NCBI RefSeq assembly: GCF_004010195.1
Contig: NC_057758.1
Span: 9,646,162 to 9,685,303 of the forward strand
From: Chiloscyllium plagiosum
Lineage: Eukaryota
Reading direction: 5' to 3'
DNA length: 39,142 nt
The number at the start of each line of letters is the position of its first letter. Position 1 is the stretch's first letter. Shown one piece after another: positions 1 to 11,321 of this stretch. The position numbers and the translations under genes were made by a program. The notes beneath the pieces are model-generated. The model did no database searches. It was not told where the DNA came from and saw only the letters and a list, made by a program, of their open reading frames with translations.

Positions 1-1079
1 TCACCCCCTGGTACACTTCCCTACCATCACGTTCATTCCACGACACCTTCCCCGAACGGTCACTCTCACTCTGCTGCACAGTCTGCTACCGTTATGCTCA
101 CTCCCCTGCACACTCTACAGTCATGCGCTCTCCCACACACACTCTCCCAACAACATTCTTACAGTTCTGTACATTCTCTTACCATCAAGCTCACTCCCCC
201 GCACACATTCTACCATGAGCATAGTCCTTCGAAACAATTCTGAGTTAATTTCAGAGAATCCACCTTTGAACTAATGTCCATTCTGTTCCCCGAGCAACAG
301 ACAGTGGTCCCACACAATCTATTCCATTTGGCATAACCTCTTGTCCCTTCCGCACTCTGTAGCCCAGGCCACCCCGACATTTACCCCGAGTATGGATCCG
401 TGTTCTCACATCCACTGTATTCCATCACAACGGTTTTTGGCCCAAGTCCCATACTTTAGCAAAAGGCTGAAACGTTCGATTCCTCTCTGCTCCCCCCAGC
501 AATGGAACGTAAGAGAGGATTCAAGGAAAAGAGGTTTGGAAAGAGGGAGATTGGGAGGTAAAGACAGATTGTAAGATGGAGAAAGAGTGAAGGACAATGG
601 GGAATGGATGGTCCATGAAATAGAGAATGCAAATGAGAGACGGAGCAAGATATGGAGGGACATTGTGAGAGTGGGAGGAAGTGTGGAGAGAGAGGGGCAA
701 AGGAAGAGAAACGAATTCTGCCGAGGCTATGTCGGAAAGAGTGACCTAGAGATGAAAGCAAAGACAGAGTGACTTGAACCCATCTCGTGGGATCGGCCCT
801 GGTCCCCTCCACTTCCCTGAGGACCAGGATTTGGGGTCAACTTTGTCTTTGTCCAGCTCAGATTCTTCTACACAAAGACAAACAACAACATAGTTTGCTC
901 TGCTGCTTGGCACTTTATAATGAATATATTTATTATTTACAAATTGAATTGACAGATACAATCAGTGGGATTGTGTATTTTCTCACTGGCCCCTGAGTAG
1001 AGAGAAACATTAAAATGTCTCCCAATAATACATAAGAAACAAACGACAGGCAAGAGTAGACATTGGGCCACTTCAAACT

Positions 1080-1228
1080 GATGCTGGAAGCCGAGTGATG
1101 GGAGATAAGGAAATAGCCGGAGAACTTAATAAGTACTTTGCGTCAGTCTTCACAGTGGAAGACATGAGTAATATCCCAACAATTAAAGGGAGTCAGGGGG
1201 CTGAGTTGAGTATGGTTGCCATTACAGG
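1080..1228 (+). mobile_element. CR1-type LINE ORF2 fragment
   Basis: Encodes MGDKEIAGELNKYFASVFTVE, the same motif as EILNEYFASVFTVE in other CR1 copies in the window. Confidence 0.75.
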
Positions 1229-1279
1229 GAGAAAGTGAGATGCTGGAGATAAGGGTTGAAACTTTATTGCTGGAACAGC
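1229..1279 (-). mobile_element. 3' end of a Penelope-like repeat running into the assembly gap
   Basis: gagaaagtgag...tgctggagat...gttgaaactttattgctggaacagc is the reverse complement of 35391-35449. Confidence 0.65.
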
Positions 1280-1779
1280 NNNNNNNNNNNNNNNNNNNNN
1301 NNNNNNNNNNNNNNNNNNNNNNNNNNNNNNNNNNNNNNNNNNNNNNNNNNNNNNNNNNNNNNNNNNNNNNNNNNNNNNNNNNNNNNNNNNNNNNNNNNNN
1401 NNNNNNNNNNNNNNNNNNNNNNNNNNNNNNNNNNNNNNNNNNNNNNNNNNNNNNNNNNNNNNNNNNNNNNNNNNNNNNNNNNNNNNNNNNNNNNNNNNNN
1501 NNNNNNNNNNNNNNNNNNNNNNNNNNNNNNNNNNNNNNNNNNNNNNNNNNNNNNNNNNNNNNNNNNNNNNNNNNNNNNNNNNNNNNNNNNNNNNNNNNNN
1601 NNNNNNNNNNNNNNNNNNNNNNNNNNNNNNNNNNNNNNNNNNNNNNNNNNNNNNNNNNNNNNNNNNNNNNNNNNNNNNNNNNNNNNNNNNNNNNNNNNNN
1701 NNNNNNNNNNNNNNNNNNNNNNNNNNNNNNNNNNNNNNNNNNNNNNNNNNNNNNNNNNNNNNNNNNNNNNNNNNNNNNN
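1280..1779. other. Assembly gap (N run)
   Basis: Run of N; ORFs spanning it are artefacts. Confidence 1.
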
Positions 1780-2125
1780 CTTCACTGCCATCCCTCTAAA
1801 AGTAACCTTTTAAAAAAGAAAACTAGGTCTAAAGAATAGAACAAGCAAAATGAAGCACTTGCCTACTTACCACAACGGGTCTTATTATTTAGGTTAGAGG
1901 AGGGGGGCGGGTGGGAGGCACTACCTCTGTAGTGCCTCGGGTTCCTCTCCTGCGCGCTTTTATAGGGAAAAAAAACCTACCCAGGTAAGCTTGCGCTACA
2001 CCAGCTTCCGTGTCCGCTCTGTACTTTTTAAAAAAAAAACTTTCAAATTTAAACCGTTAAACAAACGTCACCGAGCCTTCAAGCAGCCACTGCCAAACAG
2101 CCCTTACCTGCTCCGCTGAGAGAGT
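1780..2125 (-). mobile_element. CR1 LINE 5' UTR region, minus orientation
   Basis: Reverse complement of 1880-1940 (gtagtgcctcccacccg...cctctaacctaaataataag) matches the 5' UTR at 38925-38968 that precedes a CR1 ORF1 start. Confidence 0.55.
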
Positions 2126-2987
2126 GAGGATCTGTAGATTGTTAAGGTACTGCAGACTGATAATTACGTCTGCAGTAAGTGTGTTTGGGTTGTGAATCCT
2201 ATCAGATCACATGGATCGGTTGGAGCAGCAGTGAGAGGCAATGAGGAATTTACAGGAGCTGGATGGATGTGATGGATGGCACTTATAGGAAGGGAGAATA
2301 ACTGCAGATACAGTCAGGTAGATGGGCTACTTCTAGCAGAGGGAGGCAGGTAAGGCAGGAGTCTCCTGTGTCTGTCCCATCTCAAACAAGTATGCTGTTT
2401 TGGAAAATATAGGGGGTAATGCACTCTCGGGAATTTAGCACGAACAGCCAAGTTTCTGGTACTGAGACAATCTCTAATGCGGGGTACACAAGTGATCGAT
2501 TGTGATAGGGGACTCTCTGGTCAGAGGCACAAACAGGCATTTCTGTGGCCGACTGTGAGCAATCAGAATGGTGTGTTGCCTCCCTGGTGTGAGGATCAAG
2601 GATATCTTGGAGAGAGTGCAAGATATTGTCAAAGGGGAACGGGACAGCAGGAGGTACTAATGAAATGGGAAGGGAAAAGGATGAGATTCTGAAGGGTAAA
2701 TATAGTAAGTTCAGCAGGAATTTGAAAAGGAGATCCTCTAGGGTAGTAATATCTGGATTACTCCTGGTGCTACGAGCTAGTAAGGGTAGGTACAGATGGA
2801 TAGAGCAGATGAATGGGGGAGCACTTTGGGACCAGTGGCCATACTTCTATTTTTAAATTATTATGGAGAGGGATAAAACTGGTCCACAGGTTCAAATTCT
2901 TAATTGGGCAAGGCAAATTTTGATGGAATTAGACAGGAGCTTGCAAGAGTTGATTAGAGTAATTTGTTGGCAGGCAAAGGGACCTCT

Positions 2988-3571
2988 TAGCGAGTTTTGA
3001 GAAGATTTGTAGCTCAGGTTGAGGTTCTGGATGTGTTTGCTTACTGAGCTGGAAGGTGCGTTGTCAGACACTTGGTTACTATAACTCAGTAACATCATTA
3101 GTGAGCCTCTGGTGAAGCACTGGTGGTATTGCCTGCTTTTTATTTGTATTTATGTTTCCTTGGGGTGGTGATGTCATTTCCTGTTCTTTTTTGCAGGGGG
3201 TGGTAAATGGGTTCCAAGTCGATGTGTTTGTTGATAAGAGTTCCAGGTGGAAAGTGTGCTTCGAGGAATTCTCGTGTGTGTCTCTGTTTGGCTTGTCCTG
3301 GGATGGATGTGTTGTCCCAGTAGAAGTGATGTCCTTCCTCATCTGTATGTGAAGATACTAGTGACCATGGGTCATGTCTTTTTGTGGCTAGTTGATGTTC
3401 ATGTATCCTGGTGGCTAGTTTTCTGCCTGTTTGTCCAATGTAGTGTTTGTCACAGTTCTTGTACGGTATTTTGTAAGTGACATTTGTTTTGCTTGTTGTC
3501 TGTCTAGGGTCTTTCAAGTTCATTAGCTGCTGTTTTAGTGTGTTAGTGGGTTTGTGGGCTACCATGATGCC
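2988..3571 (-). mobile_element. 5'-truncated Penelope-like element (GIY-YIG endonuclease end and 3' terminus)
   Basis: ORF 3140-3565 has VTYKIPYKNCDKHYIGQTGRKLATRIHEH; 11-bp TSD aagggacctct at 2977-2987 and 3572-3582. Confidence 0.9.
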
Positions 3572-4561
3572 AAGGGACCTCTGGCAAGTGGAAGGCCTTT
3601 AAAAGTGAGATACATAGAGTTTTAAGGTCTAGATGTTCCTGTGAAGGTGAAGAGCAAGGTTGGCAGGAATAGGGATCCCTGGATGATAAGAGATATTGAG
3701 GCTCTGACCATGAAAAAGAAGAGGTATGGCTCAGGTACAGGCAGCTGGGATTAAGGGATCCCCAGACGTATATCGGGAATAATACAGTTTACTGAAGAAA
3801 GAAATCAGGAACGTGAAAAAGGAGCACAAGATAGCCTTGGTTTAGAAGATTAGGGTGAATCCAAAGATGTACTTGAAGTATATTAAAGGAAAGAGCATAA
3901 GCAGAGCGAGAATAGGGTTCCTCAAGGACCAAAGTGGGCACATATGTGAAGAACTGCAGGACATAGATGAGGTTTTCAATGAATATTTCTCATCTGTTTA
4001 CTATGGAGAAAGAATGAAGACTTGGGGAAGTTAGTAGTGATATCTTGGACTGTCAGTATCACAGTCGAGGAGGTGTTGGATGTATTAGAATGCATGAAGG
4101 TGGATAAATCTCCTGGTCCTGACCAGATATATCCAAGAACACTGCAAGAAACGCGTGAAGAAATTGGCTAATATTTTTGTATCATCGTTAGCCACAGGTG
4201 AGATTCCGGAAGACTGGAGAGTAGCGAATGTTGCAGCCCTAATTCAAGAAGGTGTGCAAAGAAAAGCTTGGAAACTATAGACCGGTAAGCCTAATATCTC
4301 TGGGTAATTTACTTGAGAAGGTTCTGAGGAAGTAGATATACATGCATTTGGATAGACAGGGTTTGATGAGGAGTAGTCAGCATGTCTTTGTGTATGGTCG
4401 CTCATGTCTCACAAATTTGGTAGAGTTCTTTGAAGTGACCAGGAAGATTGATTAGGGCAGGAGAGTAGATGTAGTCTATATAGATTTCAGTAAGGACTTT
4501 TGTTACGTTGTAGTGGTAAACCCATCTGCTAACTAAACCAAATACACAGGCAAGTTCACCT

Positions 4562-5071
4562 TTTCATCCCGTTTCCCTCTCAGTTGAAGCAAAACGCTCA
4601 GAGACACAGTATAGTTTTACCTCCTTCATCTTTATGCTGGGCCCTGGAGGGAGAGAGAACTTGTGTATAGGGACGTGAGTTCACAATGCTCTCTGGAACA
4701 GCAGTTTTCCAATTAACTATGTATTGATTTTACCAGGAGGAGCATCTAGATAAGGCAACATACATATTAATCGGGTGACCATTACAATCATCAAGCGTCA
4801 AGATTAAGCCATCTGCTGTTACACAATGACTATCTGATTTCACATTTCACCTTATTTAATCTGACCTCATATACTGAATGCTTACAATATTATTAAATTG
4901 CTCTATGTAATGACTGCTTTTCCACCTTGTTAACCCATTACCCTTGTCTGCATACCCCATTATTAACTGCAAGTTCTAATCTGATCTGAGTCATGCTCAG
5001 CTGAATGTCTTGTTTCATAAAACTCAGAACTTAACTCCTTCCTTCCTGCTTATACCCTATACACATTTTCA
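4562..5071 (-). mobile_element. Solo LTR of the ERV-B/ERV-C family
   Basis: Homologous over its full length to 17221-17763; 4-bp TSD acct at 4558-4561 and 5072-5075. Confidence 0.85.
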
Positions 5072-5419
5072 ACCTCACCTATTGTTCTTATAATGTATGA
5101 TTGACAGAGAACTACCCAAATTCCACTTTAATGAAAAATATCAGTTTTATTCTTTAACTCGAATAATGAACACTAAACAGCAACTATTTACAATTCTAAG
5201 TCTAATTTCTTTTAAAAGTTTGTTACCTACCTCCAGCTCTAATAATATAATAATTCAATAAACAACTCTATTGTTTTCAGGCAGTTAGTCTAACAATGGC
5301 CCCAAATAGTGGATTGTCACTTTAGTTTGATGTTGTCAAAACAGTGAAATTCAAATTCAGTTGGGTTTGAGTAGCTTGGGGCATAATTTAAACTGGTTAG
5401 ATTTGTATTAGTTAAGATT

Positions 5420-5555
5420 TATGGGCACTTAAGCGGGCATTGGATAGGCATATGGAGGATAGTGGGCTAGTGTAGGTTAGGTGGGCTTGGATCGGCGCAA
5501 CATTGAGGGCCGAAGGGCCTGTACTGCGCTGTATTCTTCTATGTTCTATGTTCTA
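5420..5555 (+). mobile_element. CR1-family 3' end with (ttctatg)n tail
   Basis: gagggccgaagggcctgtactgcgctgtattcttctatgttctatgttcta, a typical CR1 3' terminus. Confidence 0.7.
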
Positions 5556-5836
5556 TTACTTAGTGTGGAAACAGGCCCTTTGGCCCAACAAGTCCAAACT
5601 GACCCTCCGAAGAGCAACCCACCCAGACCCCTTCACCTAACACTACGGACAATTTAGCGTGGCCAATTCACCTGACCTGCACATTTTTGGATTGTGGGAG
5701 GAAACCGGAGCACCCGGAGGAAACCCACGCAGACACGGGGAGAATGTGCAAACTCCACACAGACAGTTGCCTGAGGCGGGAATTGAACCCAGGTCTCTGG
5801 CGCTGTGAGGCAGCAGTGCTAACCACCGTGCCACCC
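5556..5836 (-). mobile_element. HE1-type tRNA-derived SINE
   Basis: Reverse complement of the copy at 15649-15946; tRNA-like head ggtggcacggtggttagcac...gggttcaattccc. Confidence 0.9.
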
Positions 5837-6989
5837 TTTGTTGTGAAACCATCTGAGATATCTAGGTTAGAGCCAAAAGTTACATTTTTCAATTTTCCAG
5901 TACACTCTGTGACTGCTGGTCAGTCACATGACAGGTGCTTGCAAGCTTTCACTTTCTCTTAAAAGTACAGTAAACGCCTTCAACTTAACATTTTGATAAG
6001 GTTCCACATGGTAGGCTTCTCTGGAAGGTTAGATCACATGGAATCCAGGGGAGCTGACAAATTGGACGCACAATTGGCTTGATGGTACAAAGCAGAGGGT
6101 AATATTGGAAGGATGTTTGTCCAACTGGAAGCTCATTGCTGTTTGTTATCTATATCAACGATTTGGCTGAGAAAGTACAGGGCATGATTAATAAGTTTTC
6201 TGATGCCACTAAAATAAAGGCTGTATTGTGGACAGTGAGTAAAGTTTTCAGAAATTGCAACAAGACCTTGATCAGCTGGAGAAGTGGTCTGAGAAATGGC
6301 AAATGGATATGAATATAGATAAGTGTGAGGTCTTGCAGTTTGGAAAGTCAAATCAAGGTAGGAGTTTGATGGTGAATGGTAGAACCTTCAGGAGTGTAGT
6401 GGAATAGAAGGACCTTGGAGTTCAGGTTCACAAGTGGAGTCACAGGTAGACAGGGCTATGAAAAAGGCTTGTAGCTGCACTTGGAGTATTTGGTTACCTT
6501 GTTATAGGAAGGATGTTATTAAACTGGAAAGTGCAGAAGAAATTTACAAAGATATTGCCTCGACTCGGTGCCTCTGGTTATTGAGAGAGGTTGGACAAGC
6601 TTGGAGTTTTTTTTCTTTAGAGCATAGGAGACTGAAGGGGTCCGTTTAAACGTGGACAAGACTTTAAGAGGCATGGAATGGGTGAATGCACTCAGTCTTT
6701 TTCCCAGGATTGGGGAATAGAGGACTAGAGGGCATCAGTTTCATGTTAGAGGAGAAAGAATAAAAGGGAACCTGATGGGCAACCTTTTTATGCAGACAGT
6801 GATATGCATATTGAATATGCTGCCAGCAGCAGTGGTTGAGGCAGGTGCATTAACAATATTTGTTCGGCACTTGGAGAATTACATGGGTAGGGAAGGATGT
6901 GGGCCAAGTGCAGGGAAATGGGGTTAGCGTTGATGGACACTTTGGTCGGCTTGGACTGATTTAGGCTAAAAGGCCTGTCTATAGGTCTC

Positions 6990-7470
6990 TGTTGGGGATG
7001 AAATGAATTATGAAGTGGATGACCCGCTCATACCGGTCCAATTTAGAGGAACAATGAATCGCGCCACACAATTCTTGAGTATTGAATGTTTATTCGTGAG
7101 CTCACGGGGAATGACAAGTCAACTTAATGCTCACAAGTCACTCTGACCAGCTGCGAACTGTTAATTGTAGTATAATTAGTAATAAGGCACTTTGCCCAGT
7201 CACTAGCCCCAGGCACGTAGTGTCTAGACAGTGCTAGTTAGTAGCTGATAAGCAAGTATTAGTATTACAATAGATTCTTGTAAAAGAAGAACATTCCCAT
7301 GCTGGGTAAGTGTACACTATCAGGCGATAGTACAGCTGCAAGGTCAGCTGCCTCACTGAGCCTGGGAACGTACAAACTTAACACACACACTCTAACATGA
7401 GGTTTAAAATGGATTCCAGGCTTTTACTATGTAACAAGATGGTTGCTTTGGTTATAACAAATCTCCCACA
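6990..7470 (-). repeat. 3' LTR of ERV-A
   Basis: Imperfect inverted termini tgttgggga...tctcccaca; minus-strand AATAAA near 7089-7094; directly preceded on the minus strand by a PPT. Confidence 0.75.
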
Positions 7471-7472
7471 AT

Positions 7473-7493
7473 TCCTTCCTTTTTTTTTCTTTT
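7473..7493 (-). promoter_or_regulatory. Polypurine tract of ERV-A
   Basis: Minus strand reads AAAAG(A)nGGAAGGA, then AT, then TGTGGGAGA (LTR start). Confidence 0.75.
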
Positions 7494-7608
7494 CACCAAT
7501 CAGGAGGGCAGTTCAGAAGAATTGGCAAAAGGAGGGATATAGCCAGACCGGGGAGTTGTCTGGTGGTGGGAATTCAGGGTCATCCAGGTCAGAATAAAGG
7601 TCACCAGG

Positions 7609-10006
7609 ACCAAGAGGAATAGTCAGAGGGAAATTGAGAAACAAATTTGTAAGGAGATCTCCGTTATCTGTAAGAATAATAGGGTGATTGTGGTAGGTGA
7701 TTTTAACTTTGCAAACATAGATTGGGACTGCCGTAGTGTTAAGGGTTTAGATGGAGAGGAATTTGTTAAGTGTATGCACAAACATTTTTTGATTCAGTAT
7801 ATGGATGTACCTATTATAGAAGGTGCAAAACTTAACCTATTATTGGGAAATAAGGCAGGGCAGGTGGCTGAGGTGTCAGTGGGGGAGAACTTTGGGGCCA
7901 GCGACGATATTTCATTAGTTTTGAAATAGTGGATGGAAAAGGGTAGATCGGATCTGAAAGTTGAAGTTCCAAATTGGGGAAAGGCCAATTTTGATGGTAT
8001 TAGGCAAGAACTTTCAAAAGGTGACTGGTGGCAGATGTTCACAGGTAAAGGGTTGGCTGGAAAATGGGAAGCCTTCAGAAATGAGATAACGAGAGTCCAG
8101 AGACAGTATATTCCTGTTAGAGTGAAAGGAAAGGCAGTAGAGATAGGGAATGCTGAATGACTGAAGAAATTGAAGTTTTGGTTAAGAAAAAGAAGGAAGC
8201 ATGTGTAAGGTATAGACAGGATAGATCGAGTGAATCCTTAGAGTATAAAGTCAGTAAGAGCATACTTAAGAGAGAAATCAGGAGGGCAAAAAAGGGGCAT
8301 GAGATAGCTTTGGCAAGGAGAATCCAAAGGGTTTTTACAAATACATAAAGGACAAAAGGATAACTAAGGAGAGAATAGGACCCCTCAAAGATCAGCAAGG
8401 CGACCTTTTGTGTGGAACCGCAGGAGATGGGAGAGATACTAAACGAGTATTTTGCATCAGTATTTACTGTGGAAAAGGACATGGAAGATATAGAATGTAG
8501 GGAAATAGATGGTGATATCTTGAAAAATGTCCATGTTACAGAGGAGAAAGTGCTGGATGTCTTGAAATGCGTAAAAGTGGATAAATTCCCAGGACCTGAT
8601 CAGGTGTACCCTAGAACTCTGGGAAGCTAGGGAAGTGATTGCTCGGCCTTTTACTGAGATATTTGTATCATTGATCATCATAGGTGTGGTGCCAGAAGAC
8701 TGGAGGTTGGCTAACGTGGTGCCACTGTTTAAGGAAGGTGGTCAGGACAGGCCAGGGAACTACAGACCAGTGAACTTGATGTTGGTGGTGGGTAAGTTGT
8801 TGGAGGGAATCCTGAAGGACAGGATGTACATTTATTTGGAAAGGCAAGGACTGATTAGGAATAGTCAACATGGCTTTGTGCGTGGGAAGTCATGTCTCAC
8901 AAAGTTGATTGAGTTTTTTGAAGACGTAACAAAGAGGATTGATGAAGTCAGAGCAGATGTGATCTATATGGACTTCAGTAAGGCTTTCGGCAAAGTTCCC
9001 CATGGGAGACTGGTAAGCAAGGTTAGATCTCATGGAATACAGAACTGGCTCTAAGGTAGAAGACAGGCTAGTGGTGGAGGGTTGTTTTTCATTTTGGGAA
9101 AGCAAATTTTAGCAGAACTTTAATGCACTTAATGGTAAAGTCCTAGGGAGTGTTGCTGAACAAAGAGACCTGAAGTGCAGGTTCATAACTCCTTGAACGT
9201 GGAGTCTCAGGTAGATAGGGTAGTGAAGAAGGCGTTTAGTATGCTTTCCTTTATTGGTCAGAGTATTACATAAAGGAGTTGGGAGGTCATGTTGAGGCTG
9301 TACAGGACATTGGTTAGGCCACTATTGGAATATTGTGTGCAATTCTGGTCTCCTTCCTGTCGGAAAGATGTTGTGAAACTTGAAAAGGTTCAGAAAAAGA
9401 TTTGCAAGGATGTTGCCAGAGTTGGAGGATTTGAGCTATAGGGAGAGTTTGAATAAGTTAGGGCTGTTTTCCCTGAGCATTAGAGGCTGAGAGGTGACCT
9501 TATAGAGGTTTATAAAATCAAGATGGGCAAAGTCTATTTAACCTGGGTGTGGGCGACCAGAACTAGAGGGCATAGGTTTAGAATAAGAGGGAAAGATATA
9601 AAAGAGACCTAAGGGGCAACATTTTCATGCAGAGGGTGGTACGTGTGTGGAATGAGCTGCCAGAGGAAGTGGTGAAGGTTGGTACAGTTGCAACATTTAA
9701 GAGGCATCTGGAAGGGTGTATAAATAGGAAGTGTTTGGAGAGCTATGGGCTGGGTCCTGGCAGGTGGGCCTAGCTCAGATTACTTACAGTGTGGAAACGG
9801 GCCCTTCGGCCCAACAGGTCCACACCGACCCTCCGAAGAGCAACCCACCCAGACCCATTCCCCTACATTTGTCCCTTCACCTAACACTACGGGCAATTTA
9901 GCATGGTCAATTCACCGTGCCGCTTGGGTTGGGATAACTGGTCGGCATGGGCAAGGTGGACTGAAGGGTCTGTTTCCACGCTGTACATCTCTATGACTCT
10001 ATGACT
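7609..10006 (+). mobile_element. 5'-truncated CR1/HER1 LINE ORF2 inserted in the 3' part of ERV-A
   Basis: APE endonuclease VIVVGDFN; RT PEDWRLANVVPLFK, SQHGFVRGKSCLT, YMDFSKAF; (ctatgact)n tail; HE1 fragment nested at about 9775-9917 (-). Confidence 0.92.
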
Positions 10007-10019
10007 CAATGAAATCATC

Positions 10020-11321
10020 CACTGGTGGGGAATGTCATAAACAGGAAAAAGTAAAGCTGGGAAGAAATAACGGTATTCAGCATCAGTGTGGACCCGAAAT
10101 GGGTGCGGCATTATATTTGGAAAGTAATGATGAGGGAGAACAAAACAAAAACAGCAATGAGAACCACAATGACCTGGAGGAATGTAGAAGCCCAAGAACC
10201 AAACAAACTACCCATCCAAGTCCAAAGATCCCAGTATGTGCTAGTGTCATTGAGAATATGAGCAGCTATGTTCGTAAAGTTGTCACTGGAGTCAGGGATG
10301 TAGGTGCAGCAGTCGGAGCCGGGAAGGGCACAAGTGCCCCCTTTCTTGGCCAAAAGGTAGTTGAGGGCCATGTGATTTTGGAGGGCCACAGTCTGGACAG
10401 ACACTATTTCTGCATTAAGTAGGTCAAAAGCCAAAGCAGTGGCATTGGCAATCTCATCTCGAGTGGCGGCAATCTTCCGAACCTGAACCTCAAGTTGAAG
10501 GGTGGCATAGGGAGGGGAGAAGATAGTTCAAAGGTGCTGAAAGGGAATAAAAGAGTCCTCCTTCTATGGGGCATTGAAGCCTTAAGAGGTGACGTGTGAG
10601 AATTGAAAGGGTCAACGTATCCTAAATAGCAGCTCCAGGCCCGGAGGCAGGCAGCTAGGGGCAGGTGCTAGCACAAATGAAATAAGTGCAATTGAAAGCT
10701 AACACATGATCGCATTTGATACCAATCCAAAAGGTGGTAAAAAAGGAATTAATGGTAGTCCTGTTGGGAACAGTGAGAATAAGTGTGCTGTCATCCATAG
10801 TGGATCAGAAATCAGATGTAGAAAGGAGGATAGACAACCCAGCTTGCCGTCCTAAAGCATGTTTGCTTTCAATGCAAGTACTTCCTTGAGGGTCAGTCAT
10901 AGTTGTGACATTGGTGAGGAATAGGGATGGGGTGTGCCTGATAGATTGTAGCGAGGCTGGAACCAGCCTTCAAATGTGTCCAGCTGATTGCCACTGGAGG
11001 CAGATGTTGTCTCCATAAGTGGAGGGGGTGCCTATCAACTTTAGGAAGGATGTGGAAAGTAGTGACAGCAGCAGAACGACATTGATGCAACCACCATTCA
11101 GCGGTGTCAGATTCATTAGAATGTACAGCCCTCCAGGGAATCCCACCTTTAGGATGGAAAGGAATTCCAGCAAACCCAGCAGCCAAAGTGGCTGACCTTA
11201 TGTGCATAAAGATGTACCACATAAAGAAGGGAATTAAAATGCAATTCTTATTGGAGGCCACCAGGTTATACCAAAGACCCCGGTCAGATAAGAGCAATAT
11301 CAGAAAAATAAGCAAAGTCAA
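10020..11321 (-). pseudogene. env: ERV-A gamma-type envelope remnant
   Basis: Hydrophobic signal LLIFLILLLS; CWVC motif at about 11170-11182; basic HRRR near 10560-10570; ISD-like LQNHMALNYLLA plus CX6CC (CALPGSDCC); transmembrane VIVVLIAVFVLFSLII; frameshifted. Confidence 0.9.

Larger units (their letters stand above)
4501..5990 (-). mobile_element. Solo LTR (probably Gypsy-type) with nested insertions
   Basis: TGTTA...TAACA inverted termini; interrupts the CR1 DFSK|FDKVPH coding; imperfect 4-bp TSD cttt/tttt; minus-strand AATAAA near 5146-5151. Confidence 0.65.
2130..6985 (+). mobile_element. Decayed CR1/HER1 LINE (ORF1 esterase-like region, ORF2 RT, 3' UTR), interrupted by a Penelope fragment and a solo LTR
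   Basis: ORF1-like IVIGDSLVRG...RMVCCLPG at about 2495-2590; ORF2 PEDWRVANV, YRPVSL, DFSK..DKVPH; the CR1 sequence resumes exactly across both insertions. Confidence 0.9.

Noticed and set aside
1..230. CA-rich degenerate repeats
   Set aside because: Low-complexity sequence with no consistent unit or function inferable
746..900. Possible minus-strand exon after ttgtttgtctttgtgtag (EESELDKDKVDPKSW)
   Set aside because: No recognisable homology and no clear donor site
1216..1839. Long ORFs of 175-207 aa, and likewise 34743-35382
   Set aside because: They consist of X residues from N gaps
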